Source: Fibrobacterota bacterium | Lineage (GTDB): Bacteria; Fibrobacterota; Fibrobacteria; UBA5070 | DNA length: 64,000 nucleotides | Direction of reading: 5' to 3' | Assembly (NCBI GenBank): GCA_029557215.1 | Contig: JAKPQQ010000309.1 | Coordinates: 55,927-119,926, forward strand | Shown: positions 7,596 to 17,089 of the stretch, in pieces | Numbering within the stretch: the stretch's first letter is position 1 | Layout of the letters: every line of letters begins with the position of its first letter | Translations under genes and position numbers: made by a program | The notes under the pieces: generated by a model | Seen by the model: only the letters and a program-made list of their open reading frames with translations | The model's database searches: none | Told to the model about the DNA's origin: nothing

Positions 7596-10064
7596 TCAGC
7601 CCAGCTCGATCACGACCTTGGCGACCGAACCCTTGGGCAGGATGGGCAGGACGTTTCCTGCCACTTCCTTGCCGTCCACGGTGGCCTTCACCACGCCCTT
7701 GCAGACGCCCTTGGGGTTCTTGACCTCGATCTCGTAGGTCGCGCCGCGGAACTTGCGGGTCGCCTTGAATCCGGGCCAGGCCTTGGGGATGCAAGGATCG
7801 ACCATCAGGCCGGCAAAATCCGGCTTGATGCCGAAGATGCCCTGCGACACGACCACGAAGGTCCAGGCCGCGGTGCCGGTGAGCCACGAGTTCTTGGCTT
7901 CGCCAAAGCACGGAGCGTCCTTGCCGGCGGTCATCTGCGCGTAGACGTAGGGTTCCGAACGGTAGGTGTCGATCTGCTCTTCCTTCTTGGAGGGGCAGAT
8001 GGAGTGGTAGTACTCCAGCGCGCGGTCGCCCTCGCCCAGCAAGCACCAGCCCAGGTGGATCCAGGTGTTGTTGTGCGAGAAGATGCCGGCGTTTTCCTTC
8101 ACTCCGGGCGGGTAGCTGGTCACTTCGCCGTACTCGGTGTGGTAGGTGCTGTAGGCGGGCTGCTGGAGCACGATGCCGTTCTTGGTGTACAGGTGCTTGT
8201 GCACGGATTCCATGGCCAGGCGCGCGCGGCCGTTGTCGGCACCGGCACCGCCCAGGACGCACCAGCCCTGGCTCTCGATGAAGATCTTGCCTTCGGGATT
8301 GGTCTTGGAGCCGATCACCTTGCCCTGGTAGTCGTAGGCGCGGGTGTACCATTCACCGTCCCAGGTCACGCTTTCCACGATGTCCATCATGGTCTTGCGG
8401 TCGGCGGCGATGCGATCGGCGTCGGCCTTGCGACCCAGGAAGGTGTACAGGCTGCTCAGCTCGCGGGCGGCGTAGAGGAACAGGCCCGCGATCATCACCG
8501 ACTCGGCCTTCGATCCGCCCACGTCGCCGGCGGTCTGGAACGACTCGTTGGGCTCGGTGGAGTGGCAGTTCAGGTTCAGGCAGTCGTTCCAGTCGGCGTG
8601 TCCGATCAGGGGCAGCCCTTGCGGGCCACGCATCTTCATGGTGTACGCGATGGAAGTTTCCAGGTGGTGCAGGAGGTTTTCCTTCTCCTTGTCGGATCCG
8701 TACTTCTTGTCGGCGTAGCCGCAAGGAGCTTCCAGGATGGACGCGTCGCCCGATTCCTTGATGTAGGAAACGGTCGAGAGCACCAGCCACAGGTGGTCGT
8801 CGTAGAAGTCGCCGCCGACTTCGGCGTTGCCCTTCTTGGTCAGCGGCTGGTACTGGTGGTAGCAGGTGCCGTCGGAGAGCTGGGTGGCGGCGATGTCCAG
8901 GATGCGCTCGCGGGCGCGTCCGTGGATCATGTGCACGAAGCCCAGGAGATCCTGGTTGGAGTCGCGGAAGCCCATGCCGCGGCCGATTCCCGTCTCGTAC
9001 ATGGAGGCCGAACGGCTCATGTTGAAGGTGGCCATGCACTGGTACTGGTTCCAGGTGTTGGCCATGCGGGTGGCGTGGGGGTCGGGGCTTTCCACCTGGA
9101 AGTTGGAAAGGTTCTCGTCCCAGTAGGCCTTGAGGTTCGCGAAGGCCTGTTCCACGGCGCCGGGCTTGGAGTACTTCTCCACGATCGCCTTGCCCACGGT
9201 CTTGTTGATCACGTACGGGGCCACGAACTTGTCGCCGGTGAAGTTCACCAGCGTGTGGTCCACGTAGGCCAGAATGAAGGCGAAGGTCTCGGACTGGCCG
9301 GGCTGGAGTTCCAGCGAGACTTCGTGCGAGCCGATCGGGTTCCAGCCGAATGCCTTGGAGTTGGAGGCCTTGCCGGAAAACGGCACCTTGGCTTCGTGCA
9401 GGCCTTCGTGGATGCCCACGAACGCGTCGCGCGAAGTGTCGTAGCCCGAAATGTCGCGGGTGCAGGCGAACAGCGTGTAGTGGTTGCGGCGCTCGCGGTA
9501 TTCGGTCTTGTGGTAGATCGCGTTGCCTTCGATCTCCACTTCGCCGATGCTGTACGTGCGCTGGTAGTTGGTCATGTCGTTGAGCGCTTCGAAGAAGCAG
9601 AACTCCTGGTAGGAGTAGAGCTTGGGCGACTTCGCGACCTTGCCGGTGTTCTTGACGGTGACCTGCCACAGCTCCAGGTTCTCGCCCGGGGGCACGCACA
9701 TCTTCTGGGTGACTTCCACTCCGTCCTTTTCGGCGACGATGGTCGTGTAGCCCAGGCCGTGGCGGCACTCGTACTTGTCGAGTTTCGCCTTGGTGGGCTT
9801 CCAGCCCGGATTCCAGACCGACCCGCCGTCGTTGACGTACAAGTAACGGCCACCCAGGTCGTAGGGCACGTTGTTGTAGCGGTAGCGGGTCAGGCGACGG
9901 AGCTTGGCGTCCTTCCAGAAGGTGTAGCCGCCGGCCGTGTTGGTGCAAAGGCCGAAGAACTCGTCTTGTCCCAGGTAGTTCAGCCAGGGCAGCGGAGTGT
10001 CGGGGCGGGTGATGACATATTCGCGCGCTGCGTCGTCAAAGCGGCCGTACGGATTCTGGGACAC
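7596..10064 (-). CDS. GH94 disaccharide phosphorylase (cellobiose/cellodextrin/chitobiose phosphorylase type)
   Basis: GTG at 10064 lies 6 nt after a perfect AAGGAG. The N-terminus VSQNPYGRFDDAAREYVITRPDTPLPWLNYLG and the catalytic region GMGFRDSNQD match GH94 phosphorylases. The 822-aa length fits. The ORF track extends 48 codons further upstream without support. Confidence 0.9.
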   Translation of the reverse strand: MSQNPYGRFDDAAREYVITRPDTPLPWLNYLGQDEFFGLCTNTAGGYTFWKDAKLRRLTRYRYNNVPYDLGGRYLYVNDGGSVWNPGWKPTKAKLDKYECRHGLGYTTIVAEKDGVEVTQKMCVPPGENLELWQVTVKNTGKVAKSPKLYSYQEFCFFEALNDMTNYQRTYSIGEVEIEGNAIYHKTEYRERRNHYTLFACTRDISGYDTSRDAFVGIHEGLHEAKVPFSGKASNSKAFGWNPIGSHEVSLELQPGQSETFAFILAYVDHTLVNFTGDKFVAPYVINKTVGKAIVEKYSKPGAVEQAFANLKAYWDENLSNFQVESPDPHATRMANTWNQYQCMATFNMSRSASMYETGIGRGMGFRDSNQDLLGFVHMIHGRARERILDIAATQLSDGTCYHQYQPLTKKGNAEVGGDFYDDHLWLVLSTVSYIKESGDASILEAPCGYADKKYGSDKEKENLLHHLETSIAYTMKMRGPQGLPLIGHADWNDCLNLNCHSTEPNESFQTAGDVGGSKAESVMIAGLFLYAARELSSLYTFLGRKADADRIAADRKTMMDIVESVTWDGEWYTRAYDYQGKVIGSKTNPEGKIFIESQGWCVLGGAGADNGRARLAMESVHKHLYTKNGIVLQQPAYSTYHTEYGEVTSYPPGVKENAGIFSHNNTWIHLGWCLLGEGDRALEYYHSICPSKKEEQIDTYRSEPYVYAQMTAGKDAPCFGEAKNSWLTGTAAWTFVVVSQGIFGIKPDFAGLMVDPCIPKAWPGFKATRKFRGATYEIEVKNPKGVCKGVVKATVDGKEVAGNVLPILPKGSVAKVVIELG

Positions 10065-10289
10065 CAGAGTGCTCCTTGGAAAAGAAAGATGGTGGAGTCT
10101 GAGAACGAGGAAAATGCATACGCGGGAGCGAACTTCCCAGACGGACAGATGCTGCCCGGCCCCACCGCCTGGCCGCAAGCGACAAGGTGCGTCGGAAAAC
10201 AAGTTCAACGCCTCTGTCGGAATTCCCCCCTGTCCGGAAGGGGGTGGGCCAGTCTAGCTTTGAACGACCAACTGCCCTATGAGGTGCAA

Positions 10290-11708
10290 ATGATCCGGAA
10301 ATTGCCCTTCCTGGCTCTCGCGGCCGTTGCGGGCGTCTTCGCGCTCGCTGGTTGCAAATCCAAGCGCGGCCAAGACGGCGAGGCCGGAACCGGCACCGTG
10401 CTGCGTTTTTGGGCCATGCCCAACACGTCCAAGCCCCAGGCCGACCTCGAAAACATCCTCAAACGGTTCGAATCGCAGAACCCCGACATCGACGTCCAGG
10501 TGGAGATCCTGGACTGGGGCAACGCCCTGGATCGCATCACCAAGGCGGCCAATTCGGGCATCGGCCCCGACGTGTTCCAGATCGGGACCACCTACACGGC
10601 TTCCATCACCGACCTCGGCAGCCTTTCCTCCCTGGACGCCACCGTGCAGGCGGTGGGGGGCGACACCGTGTTCGTGCCGGCCGTGCGGTCGTACATGAAG
10701 CCCATCTACGCCGACAGCATCACGTCCATGCCGTGGTTCGTGGACGTGCGCCCGGTCTACTACCGCACCGACGTCTTCGCGAAGGTCGGGCTCGATCCCG
10801 ATGCCGTTTTCGCGAGCTGGGACGCCTACCGCGCGGGGCTTGCCAGGATCCGCGACGCCAAGCTTTCCATCGATGGACAGAAAATGGAAGCGGTCGGCCT
10901 GGCCGGCAAGAACGACTGGAACGTGGTCCACAACATCTATCCGTGGATCGTGGGCAACGGCGGAGACATCGTCAATGCGCTGGGCGACAGCGTGCTGCTG
11001 GACGACGAACGTTCGGTGCAGGGCGTCCTCACGTTCCTCCGGCTGATCCGCGAGGGCCTGAGCCCCCGTTCGTACCTGGAAAAGAGCACCGCCCAGGTTT
11101 CCGCCGAATTCGACCAGGGCCGCATCGCCACCTGGCAGGAAACGACCTCCAAGCTGGTGTACCTGGAACGCCCCGCCGAGATGGGCGGAGTGGGTGCCAG
11201 CACCGCGGCCAAGAACTTCGCCTCGGCCTTGCCGCCCGCGGGGCCCGCAGGCCGGAAATTGTTCATCGGTGGATCCAACCTGGCCATCTTCAAGTCGTCC
11301 AAGAGCCAGGAAGCCGCCAGAAAGCTCGTGACGTTCCTGACCACCGACACCACCGCGGTCCTGGAGTTCAGCAAGGCTTCGGGCATGGCTCCGGCCCTGA
11401 TCAAGGTCTACGAATCCGACTACTTCCAGGGCAACGCCAACCGCAAGCTCTACAAGGAGCTGGCCATGGCGGGCAAGGCCTACCCGGCCGTCCCGTACTG
11501 GGGCGCGCTGGAGACCTCCATCCTGAACACCCGTTTTGGCAACATCTTCGACATCGCCGGCGAAGTGGAAGGCCCTTTCAGCGAAGACGCCGTCCGCAAG
11601 GAGCTGCAGGAAGGCGCCAAGCAGGCCCGCGAGCTGATCGAAAGCCAGCTCAAGCCGATGCCGCAGTACCTCCAGAAGCTCGACCGCCTGCGCCAGCAGG
11701 GCGGCTAA
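10290..11708 (+). CDS. ABC-transporter carbohydrate-binding lipoprotein (extracellular solute-binding protein family 1)
   Basis: ATG at 10290 after GAGGTG. Lipobox MIRKLPFLALAAVAGVFALAGC. LRFWAMPN, DVQVEILDWGNALDRI and GIGPDVFQIGTTY are typical of sugar SBPs. The rest of the 1387-aa track ORF is antisense to GH94. Confidence 0.85.
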   Translation: MIRKLPFLALAAVAGVFALAGCKSKRGQDGEAGTGTVLRFWAMPNTSKPQADLENILKRFESQNPDIDVQVEILDWGNALDRITKAANSGIGPDVFQIGTTYTASITDLGSLSSLDATVQAVGGDTVFVPAVRSYMKPIYADSITSMPWFVDVRPVYYRTDVFAKVGLDPDAVFASWDAYRAGLARIRDAKLSIDGQKMEAVGLAGKNDWNVVHNIYPWIVGNGGDIVNALGDSVLLDDERSVQGVLTFLRLIREGLSPRSYLEKSTAQVSAEFDQGRIATWQETTSKLVYLERPAEMGGVGASTAAKNFASALPPAGPAGRKLFIGGSNLAIFKSSKSQEAARKLVTFLTTDTTAVLEFSKASGMAPALIKVYESDYFQGNANRKLYKELAMAGKAYPAVPYWGALETSILNTRFGNIFDIAGEVEGPFSEDAVRKELQEGAKQARELIESQLKPMPQYLQKLDRLRQQGG

Positions 11709-11970
11709 CGGGGATGCAAGCGTGCGGTGTTTGTCGGCACATCGGCGCCGATCTGGCTGCATGCTCCTGCCTGGAACGTCTGGAGTGCTCCAACCTGGAC
11801 CATTTTTTTGGAACGTCGTGCAGGAATGACCGAGTGGTGACATATTCCTGACTTCGTACGGGTGCCCAGGGTGTGCCACGTGTTGCCGAATTTTGTAAGG
11901 CGATGCGTGGTTCCACCGTTGCAACCGCGCAAGGGGAGTTCTTATTCTTCGAGGCCACAGTAGGTCAGAT

Positions 11971-12002
11971 CGTGTCTGGCCGGCCGAAGGGTGTCCGGAC
12001 AC
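11971..12002. promoter_or_regulatory. candidate operator: perfect 12-bp palindrome GTGTCCGGACAC plus a related upstream half-site
   Basis: GTGTCCGGACAC at 11991-12002 equals its own reverse complement. GTGTCTGG at 11972-11979 repeats the half-site. Both lie about 100-125 nt upstream of the 12098 start, inside a 389-nt non-coding gap. Confidence 0.3.
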
Positions 12003-12097
12003 GGTGGTGAACCTGCCGAGACCTCCTTGCGACACAGTGCTGGAAGTTTTATCAAGAGATCGATCGCGTTCATGCACGATTCACTCCGGAGAACCAC

Positions 12098-14722
12098 GTG
12101 ATGGCAAAACCCATCTCCTCCCGAACCGCAATCCTGGCAGTGCTTGCCGCGATGCCTGGTTTGGTCCACTCGACGCCGGCTCCTGTCGGCCAGGAGGCCC
12201 AATCGGCCGCCCTGGACAGCATCGAGCAGAACCTCGACCCGGTGGAAGCCCAGGCGCGTCGATCCCTCTTCGGCGGCGGCTCCAAGCCCGTGTCGTTTTC
12301 CGGCGAGGCATACCTCCGGTTCATCGGAACGAGCTACGACAAGCATCCGTCATGGCTTATCCACGATGTGACCGAGACGAAGAACAGCAGTGCGACAATG
12401 CGCGTGGGCATGGTCGCCGCACCGCACCGCAACCTTCGGCTGTGGTCCAAGATCGGCTTCAACCACCAGATGCTGGGCAACAACAAGCCGGCGAGCAATG
12501 CGAAAGACGAAAGCTATCAGGGTGCGCCTCGGATTGGAAGCTTGGACCTCCGGGACATCATCGTCTACGAGGACATGTCCGCAGGTTTGATCGCCAAAAC
12601 GGGCCCTGTCACGACGCAGACCCGCATCGGCGGAATCCTTTGGACCGAAGCATCGCCGCTGTCGATCTGGAAGGGCCAGAACCGCATGTTCGGCTGGGAT
12701 TACGTGCCCTACGAACTCGAACAATCCAGTGCGCAGTACTACGAATACGCGACCATCAAGGGTGAAAAGACGGGGCGCGCAGCATGGAACAAAAAACCGT
12801 TCCAAGGCTTGCAGTTCGAGTCCATCGAGATGCCCTGGAACTTGTATTACAACGTGACCTACGGATCGTTCGACATGGGGCAAAAGTATCAGCCCTACAT
12901 GATCAACACGAATACGACCAACGGTTTGATGAATACGAACACCTATGGCAAGGAGGGCGGAAACAACCAAGATGCGCCGGGACCCCGAACCTACGGAAAC
13001 AAAGGCATCGGCTCTGGCGACACCTACAGAAAGACCTTGCTTTTGCGTTTGGCGAAGTCTGAGCTCCCGCTTGGGATCACCGCTGGCCTGAACTACGTGG
13101 GGTTCAACGTTGACCCAGACTATCCAAAACAGTTTTGGAACATGTGGTCTGGCACGGGCGAAAAAGATGCTTTTCCGGTGGCTGCTTGGCATTATCGCGA
13201 TACCGCCGATAAGGTCGGCGTCTACAACTCCAACTACTTCCTGAACTTCCAGGTGGTCACGGCCGATTTCCGCAGGAATCTGCCGGGTGGTTTGCAGTTC
13301 CATGTCGACATCGCCGCCAGCAAGGCCGACACCAACTTCTTCAAGGTAGAGCCGAGCGGTGCGACGGCTTCGTGGAAGCGCTATGGCATTTCGGATTCCG
13401 TGACGATCACCAACGCGCTTCGGGGCGATGTGCTGGGTAGCCGCAGCACGGGATGGACTCCGGCCGTCTATGGCATGATGAACTACCCACTTTCCTTGGC
13501 AGGCAAGAACTACGACTTCATGCTCCAGGGTATCTACGCTCCCAAGGAGTTCTATTCGGGTGGCTCCTTTGTGCTTCCCGCCGATGTGTTCTTCCCGTAC
13601 GAATCGAATCTGACCGGTGCAGGCAAATTTGCAGGGGCCGACAACGGGACTCCTTACGCATTGAACATGACGGGCGCCAACCTGACGGCCAAGATCCCGG
13701 TAGCGAATGGCCATGCCAAGATCAACTTCGGTTTCCACACCCAGCTGGAAAAGGGCAGCGACTTCCTGTTCCTTCCTTGGCGATTGAATGGAACGGCGTT
13801 CAACTACACCTTGAACGCTTCGACGAGCCGCTACGATGGCGCGACCCTGACCGATGCGTACATGCAAGGCAATCCTGCGACAACAACAGCATCCACTGGA
13901 AACGGTGGAACGAACGGCATCTATCGTCAGATCGCGCGAATCGGGAACGAGTACTATCAGTACAGAAATCCAAAGGCGCGCCTCACCGAGGTTGTTGATC
14001 GGCGCAACCCGTATGCTCCTCAGCCTGGTTTGGCCGGTGGCATCCGCAACGATTACTTGTCCACCTTCGAAGGCTTTGGGGCCTACCAATTGCGCAATGA
14101 CTCTGCGACTCGCACCCAGGACATCAAGGCCATCCAGACCATGCTGGAAACGGGGGTGATGCCGCAGAACCAGAAGTCCACCCAGAACCTCAGTCTGGAT
14201 GTTTCGAAGGACATCGCTCGCTTCTGGAACGGCAAGAACTCGGTGCACTTGGCGTTCTATGGCGCCTTGAACTCTGTGACCAAGAGTGGTTCGCCGATCC
14301 CAACCTTATCCACCAGCGACGACGTGTACTTGAGTTCCTACCACCTTCGTTTCGAGCCGGTGGTGCAGTTGACCCAGAAGCTTTATTTGATTGGCATGCT
14401 GGGGCATGAAACCTGGAAATCAGCCTATGGCGTGGCGGTGATCGATTCTGCCAACGGGCGGGCTCCAGAAACGCATATGGAATACTACATGGCGGGATCC
14501 CGTGTAAACACGGCCAATTGGTATGCCGCCCCGATCGACTACTCCGATTGGGCCTATGGCATCGGATTCGATTGGGACATCGCTCCGAGAGTGGGATTGC
14601 ACATGCGTGTGCAAAAATTCACCCACGAAGACAAAGGCATTTCCAAAAACGTCCCCACCGTCGCGGGGAAAAACGATTACGAGGCGTGGTTCCTGCACGC
14701 CGAAACCAAGATGTGGTTCTGA
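12098..14722 (+). CDS. very large outer-membrane beta-barrel protein (874 aa), family unknown
   Basis: ATGATG start after GGAG. Signal peptide MMAKPISSRTAILAVLAAMPGLVHS. Gly/Tyr/Asn/Trp-rich strand-like sequence throughout. C-terminal beta-signal ...AWFLHAETKMWF. No TonB-box or plug-like N-terminus that I can recognise. Confidence 0.65.
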   Translation: MMAKPISSRTAILAVLAAMPGLVHSTPAPVGQEAQSAALDSIEQNLDPVEAQARRSLFGGGSKPVSFSGEAYLRFIGTSYDKHPSWLIHDVTETKNSSATMRVGMVAAPHRNLRLWSKIGFNHQMLGNNKPASNAKDESYQGAPRIGSLDLRDIIVYEDMSAGLIAKTGPVTTQTRIGGILWTEASPLSIWKGQNRMFGWDYVPYELEQSSAQYYEYATIKGEKTGRAAWNKKPFQGLQFESIEMPWNLYYNVTYGSFDMGQKYQPYMINTNTTNGLMNTNTYGKEGGNNQDAPGPRTYGNKGIGSGDTYRKTLLLRLAKSELPLGITAGLNYVGFNVDPDYPKQFWNMWSGTGEKDAFPVAAWHYRDTADKVGVYNSNYFLNFQVVTADFRRNLPGGLQFHVDIAASKADTNFFKVEPSGATASWKRYGISDSVTITNALRGDVLGSRSTGWTPAVYGMMNYPLSLAGKNYDFMLQGIYAPKEFYSGGSFVLPADVFFPYESNLTGAGKFAGADNGTPYALNMTGANLTAKIPVANGHAKINFGFHTQLEKGSDFLFLPWRLNGTAFNYTLNASTSRYDGATLTDAYMQGNPATTTASTGNGGTNGIYRQIARIGNEYYQYRNPKARLTEVVDRRNPYAPQPGLAGGIRNDYLSTFEGFGAYQLRNDSATRTQDIKAIQTMLETGVMPQNQKSTQNLSLDVSKDIARFWNGKNSVHLAFYGALNSVTKSGSPIPTLSTSDDVYLSSYHLRFEPVVQLTQKLYLIGMLGHETWKSAYGVAVIDSANGRAPETHMEYYMAGSRVNTANWYAAPIDYSDWAYGIGFDWDIAPRVGLHMRVQKFTHEDKGISKNVPTVAGKNDYEAWFLHAETKMWF

Positions 14723-14752
14723 TCCATGGTCGCCGAAACAAAGGGAACACGC

Positions 14753-17062
14753 ATGAACACCAAGGCCCTCGCCGTTGCTGCAAGTCTTTGGGTCCCGATG
14801 GTCGCCTCGGCGGCCACCGAAGGAACCGTCACCGATCGTCAGGAAGCGCTCTCCGCGCAGCTGGAAGAAATCCTGGCCAAGACCGGTATTTCCATTGGAG
14901 GAGCATTCCGCGGAGAAGTCGGATCGTCCAAACTGGGCGGCAACTACGCTTACGCCGAACGCCGCGATGACGAGACCATCGGGTTTACCTCGGTGGATTT
15001 CGATCTCCGCGCTCGTCCCAACACGGCCACCACTGCGCGCGCCGTATTCCGGATGCACCTGGATCACGCGAACTTCTTCGGATCCCCCTATTCGCCGCTG
15101 GCAACCCGCTGGCTTTCGATCGACGGCGGGTTTTTCGACATGGTCTACTACCACTTTGGCAACATGCAAGCCAAGTGGTCGCCGCTCATGATTGGCGCCA
15201 CCGAACCCGGGTTCTTGTACACTCCTCGCATTTTCGCTCAGCAGCAGAAGCAGGCGATGGACGAACGTTTCATCGGCGGAGGGGTGCGAAACCTGCAGGG
15301 CATGAACCTGGGGTTGCGCGCGGCGGTTCCGCAACTGGCGATCGACTCGTTCGATGTTTCTGTGCTGGCTGCCAAGCTGCTTAGTGCGGCGACGATCGCG
15401 GATCCCTACTCGATGTTCGTTTCGAGAGCAAATCTTGGCGGTGACGCACTCACGGGCGCTCCGGATTCGCTGGCGAACTTCGATCGCTGGGCGCTGGGAG
15501 CACGTGGAAACGTGACCTTCCTGAAGGGTGTCACCCTGGGAGCCAGTGCGCTGAACATCAAGGATCTTCGTTCCACCTACGGTGCAATGGGGCCGACAAG
15601 TCAGGTGATGAAGTATCGATATTTCCAAGAAGATACGGTGATCGCTGGCGTGCCGAGCTTGAAGAGAGCGATGGATTCTACCGAGGTGGTCGGCGAGACC
15701 CCTCCTGAGGTCCTTCGCGATTCCATCATCCAAAACGGATTGGTCATCGGAGGTGTTGTCGGAATCGATGTGGCAAGACTCCTAGGCAACGACAATCTGA
15801 TTGCCGGGCTCAATGTGGACCTGGGACGTTCTTCTTGGGATCGTTTCCTTGCTCGCGGCATGGATGTCGCCGGAACCAAAGTGGATTCGGTCAGTGCCGC
15901 CGGTGGCAGACTTCGCAGGCGTTTTTGGGTCGACACCGGGTCTTTCAAGCCGATCTACGAAACGGTCAACGGTCTGGCTGTGAACGCGACGCTCGCTGGT
16001 GGCTGGAAGGCCGAAGGCTGGACTGCCAAGGTCCGTGCAGGGTACATCTTGACGGATTCCGCATTCCGTTCCGACCTGGCCCAGAGCCCGGTCTTCTACT
16101 CCTCGCTCGGGCGCGTGTTCAACACCGACCAAGATTCGGTGGGAAGGCTCGGGAAGTACAACACCTTCGATGCGATGTACCATCAGGTCCACCGCTTCGT
16201 CGCGGAAGACAAGAACGAGTACGCCAAGAGCCCCTACGACAAGATCGCCTACTCCAACTACGCCGCGGGCAGCGTGAACCCTGCTCTCACCGATTGGCTG
16301 TTGGGCATCAAGAGCGTCGCCAAGACGAAGGCGAACAACCAGAGGGTCGTCGACTCCATGACGGCGATCCTTGCGAGCGGCTCGGCGACAAGGGCGGATT
16401 CCACCCGCTTGACCACCGAGAAGAAAGCATTGATCACCTCGAACCAGAATCTGTACATGGCGTCCTTGGAAGGAACCGTTTGGGATCGCGACATCCAGCT
16501 GGTTCTACCGGTGGGTGAGGCTTCCGCCAACCGCGTTGGCCCCAAGTTCGGTCTGGATTTCGACCTGATGCAGGGTGGATTGGAAGTCAAGGTCGATGGC
16601 TACATGCTGCAGGAAGCCAAGGGAACCATCCTGGATTCGGCAAATCAGCTTGTCGCCGAGAAGGCCAAGTTCCAGCAGGTCCAGGCAGGACTGCGTACTC
16701 GTATTGACCGGTTCATCACCGGATGGGACAAGCCGATCGAGCTGTCGGGTTCCGTCGGTCTTTCCACTGCCAAGGGTGGTACGGCTCTGAACTACCAGTC
16801 CACCGTGATCAACGCCGGCTTGTACGCCGGGGTCATCAAGCGCCTCGCGGTGCTGGGTGGTTACCAGCTGATCGACGGCAAGGACAAGGCGTTCTTCGTG
16901 GATCGCAAGCAGTCGAACATGGCTGGTGGACTTGAATTCAAGGTCCAGGAAGGCGCTTACCTGTTGGGTATGTACAACCTGGTCAAGACCGAGTTCCCGA
17001 ACGCTCCCGAATACAACTTCGATCAGACCATCTGGTCCACCAAGATTTCGGTCTCGTTCTAA
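14753..17062 (+). CDS. very large outer-membrane beta-barrel protein (769 aa), distant paralogue of the preceding gene
   Basis: ATG at 14753 gives MNTKALAVAASLWVPMVASA. It starts 30 nt after the previous stop. The N-terminal layout is similar: an acidic helix, then GISIGGAFRGEV (compare KPVSFSGEAYLRF). The C-terminus is ...IWSTKISVSF. Confidence 0.65.
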   Translation: MNTKALAVAASLWVPMVASAATEGTVTDRQEALSAQLEEILAKTGISIGGAFRGEVGSSKLGGNYAYAERRDDETIGFTSVDFDLRARPNTATTARAVFRMHLDHANFFGSPYSPLATRWLSIDGGFFDMVYYHFGNMQAKWSPLMIGATEPGFLYTPRIFAQQQKQAMDERFIGGGVRNLQGMNLGLRAAVPQLAIDSFDVSVLAAKLLSAATIADPYSMFVSRANLGGDALTGAPDSLANFDRWALGARGNVTFLKGVTLGASALNIKDLRSTYGAMGPTSQVMKYRYFQEDTVIAGVPSLKRAMDSTEVVGETPPEVLRDSIIQNGLVIGGVVGIDVARLLGNDNLIAGLNVDLGRSSWDRFLARGMDVAGTKVDSVSAAGGRLRRRFWVDTGSFKPIYETVNGLAVNATLAGGWKAEGWTAKVRAGYILTDSAFRSDLAQSPVFYSSLGRVFNTDQDSVGRLGKYNTFDAMYHQVHRFVAEDKNEYAKSPYDKIAYSNYAAGSVNPALTDWLLGIKSVAKTKANNQRVVDSMTAILASGSATRADSTRLTTEKKALITSNQNLYMASLEGTVWDRDIQLVLPVGEASANRVGPKFGLDFDLMQGGLEVKVDGYMLQEAKGTILDSANQLVAEKAKFQQVQAGLRTRIDRFITGWDKPIELSGSVGLSTAKGGTALNYQSTVINAGLYAGVIKRLAVLGGYQLIDGKDKAFFVDRKQSNMAGGLEFKVQEGAYLLGMYNLVKTEFPNAPEYNFDQTIWSTKISVSF

Positions 17063-17089
17063 TCAACCCAGACGCAGGAGAAATACCAA

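Noticed and set aside
7545-10289. Upstream 915 codons of the 1387-aa plus-strand ORF ending at 11708
   Set aside because: It is antisense to the GH94 phosphorylase. Only the last 472 codons are credible, from the ATG at 10290 with its RBS and lipobox.
11868-11890. Sigma-54 promoter-like sequence GTGTGCCACGTGTTGCC upstream of the barrel operon; a similar CGGCACGAGGGCTTGG occurs at about 46044-46059 upstream of the giant gene
   Set aside because: The window begins with a sigma-54 activator tail, so I looked for TGGCAC-N5-TTGC. The first candidate lacks the GG dinucleotide at the right spacing. The second has one extra spacer base and TTGG instead of TTGC. Neither fits the nearly invariant GG-N10-GC geometry.
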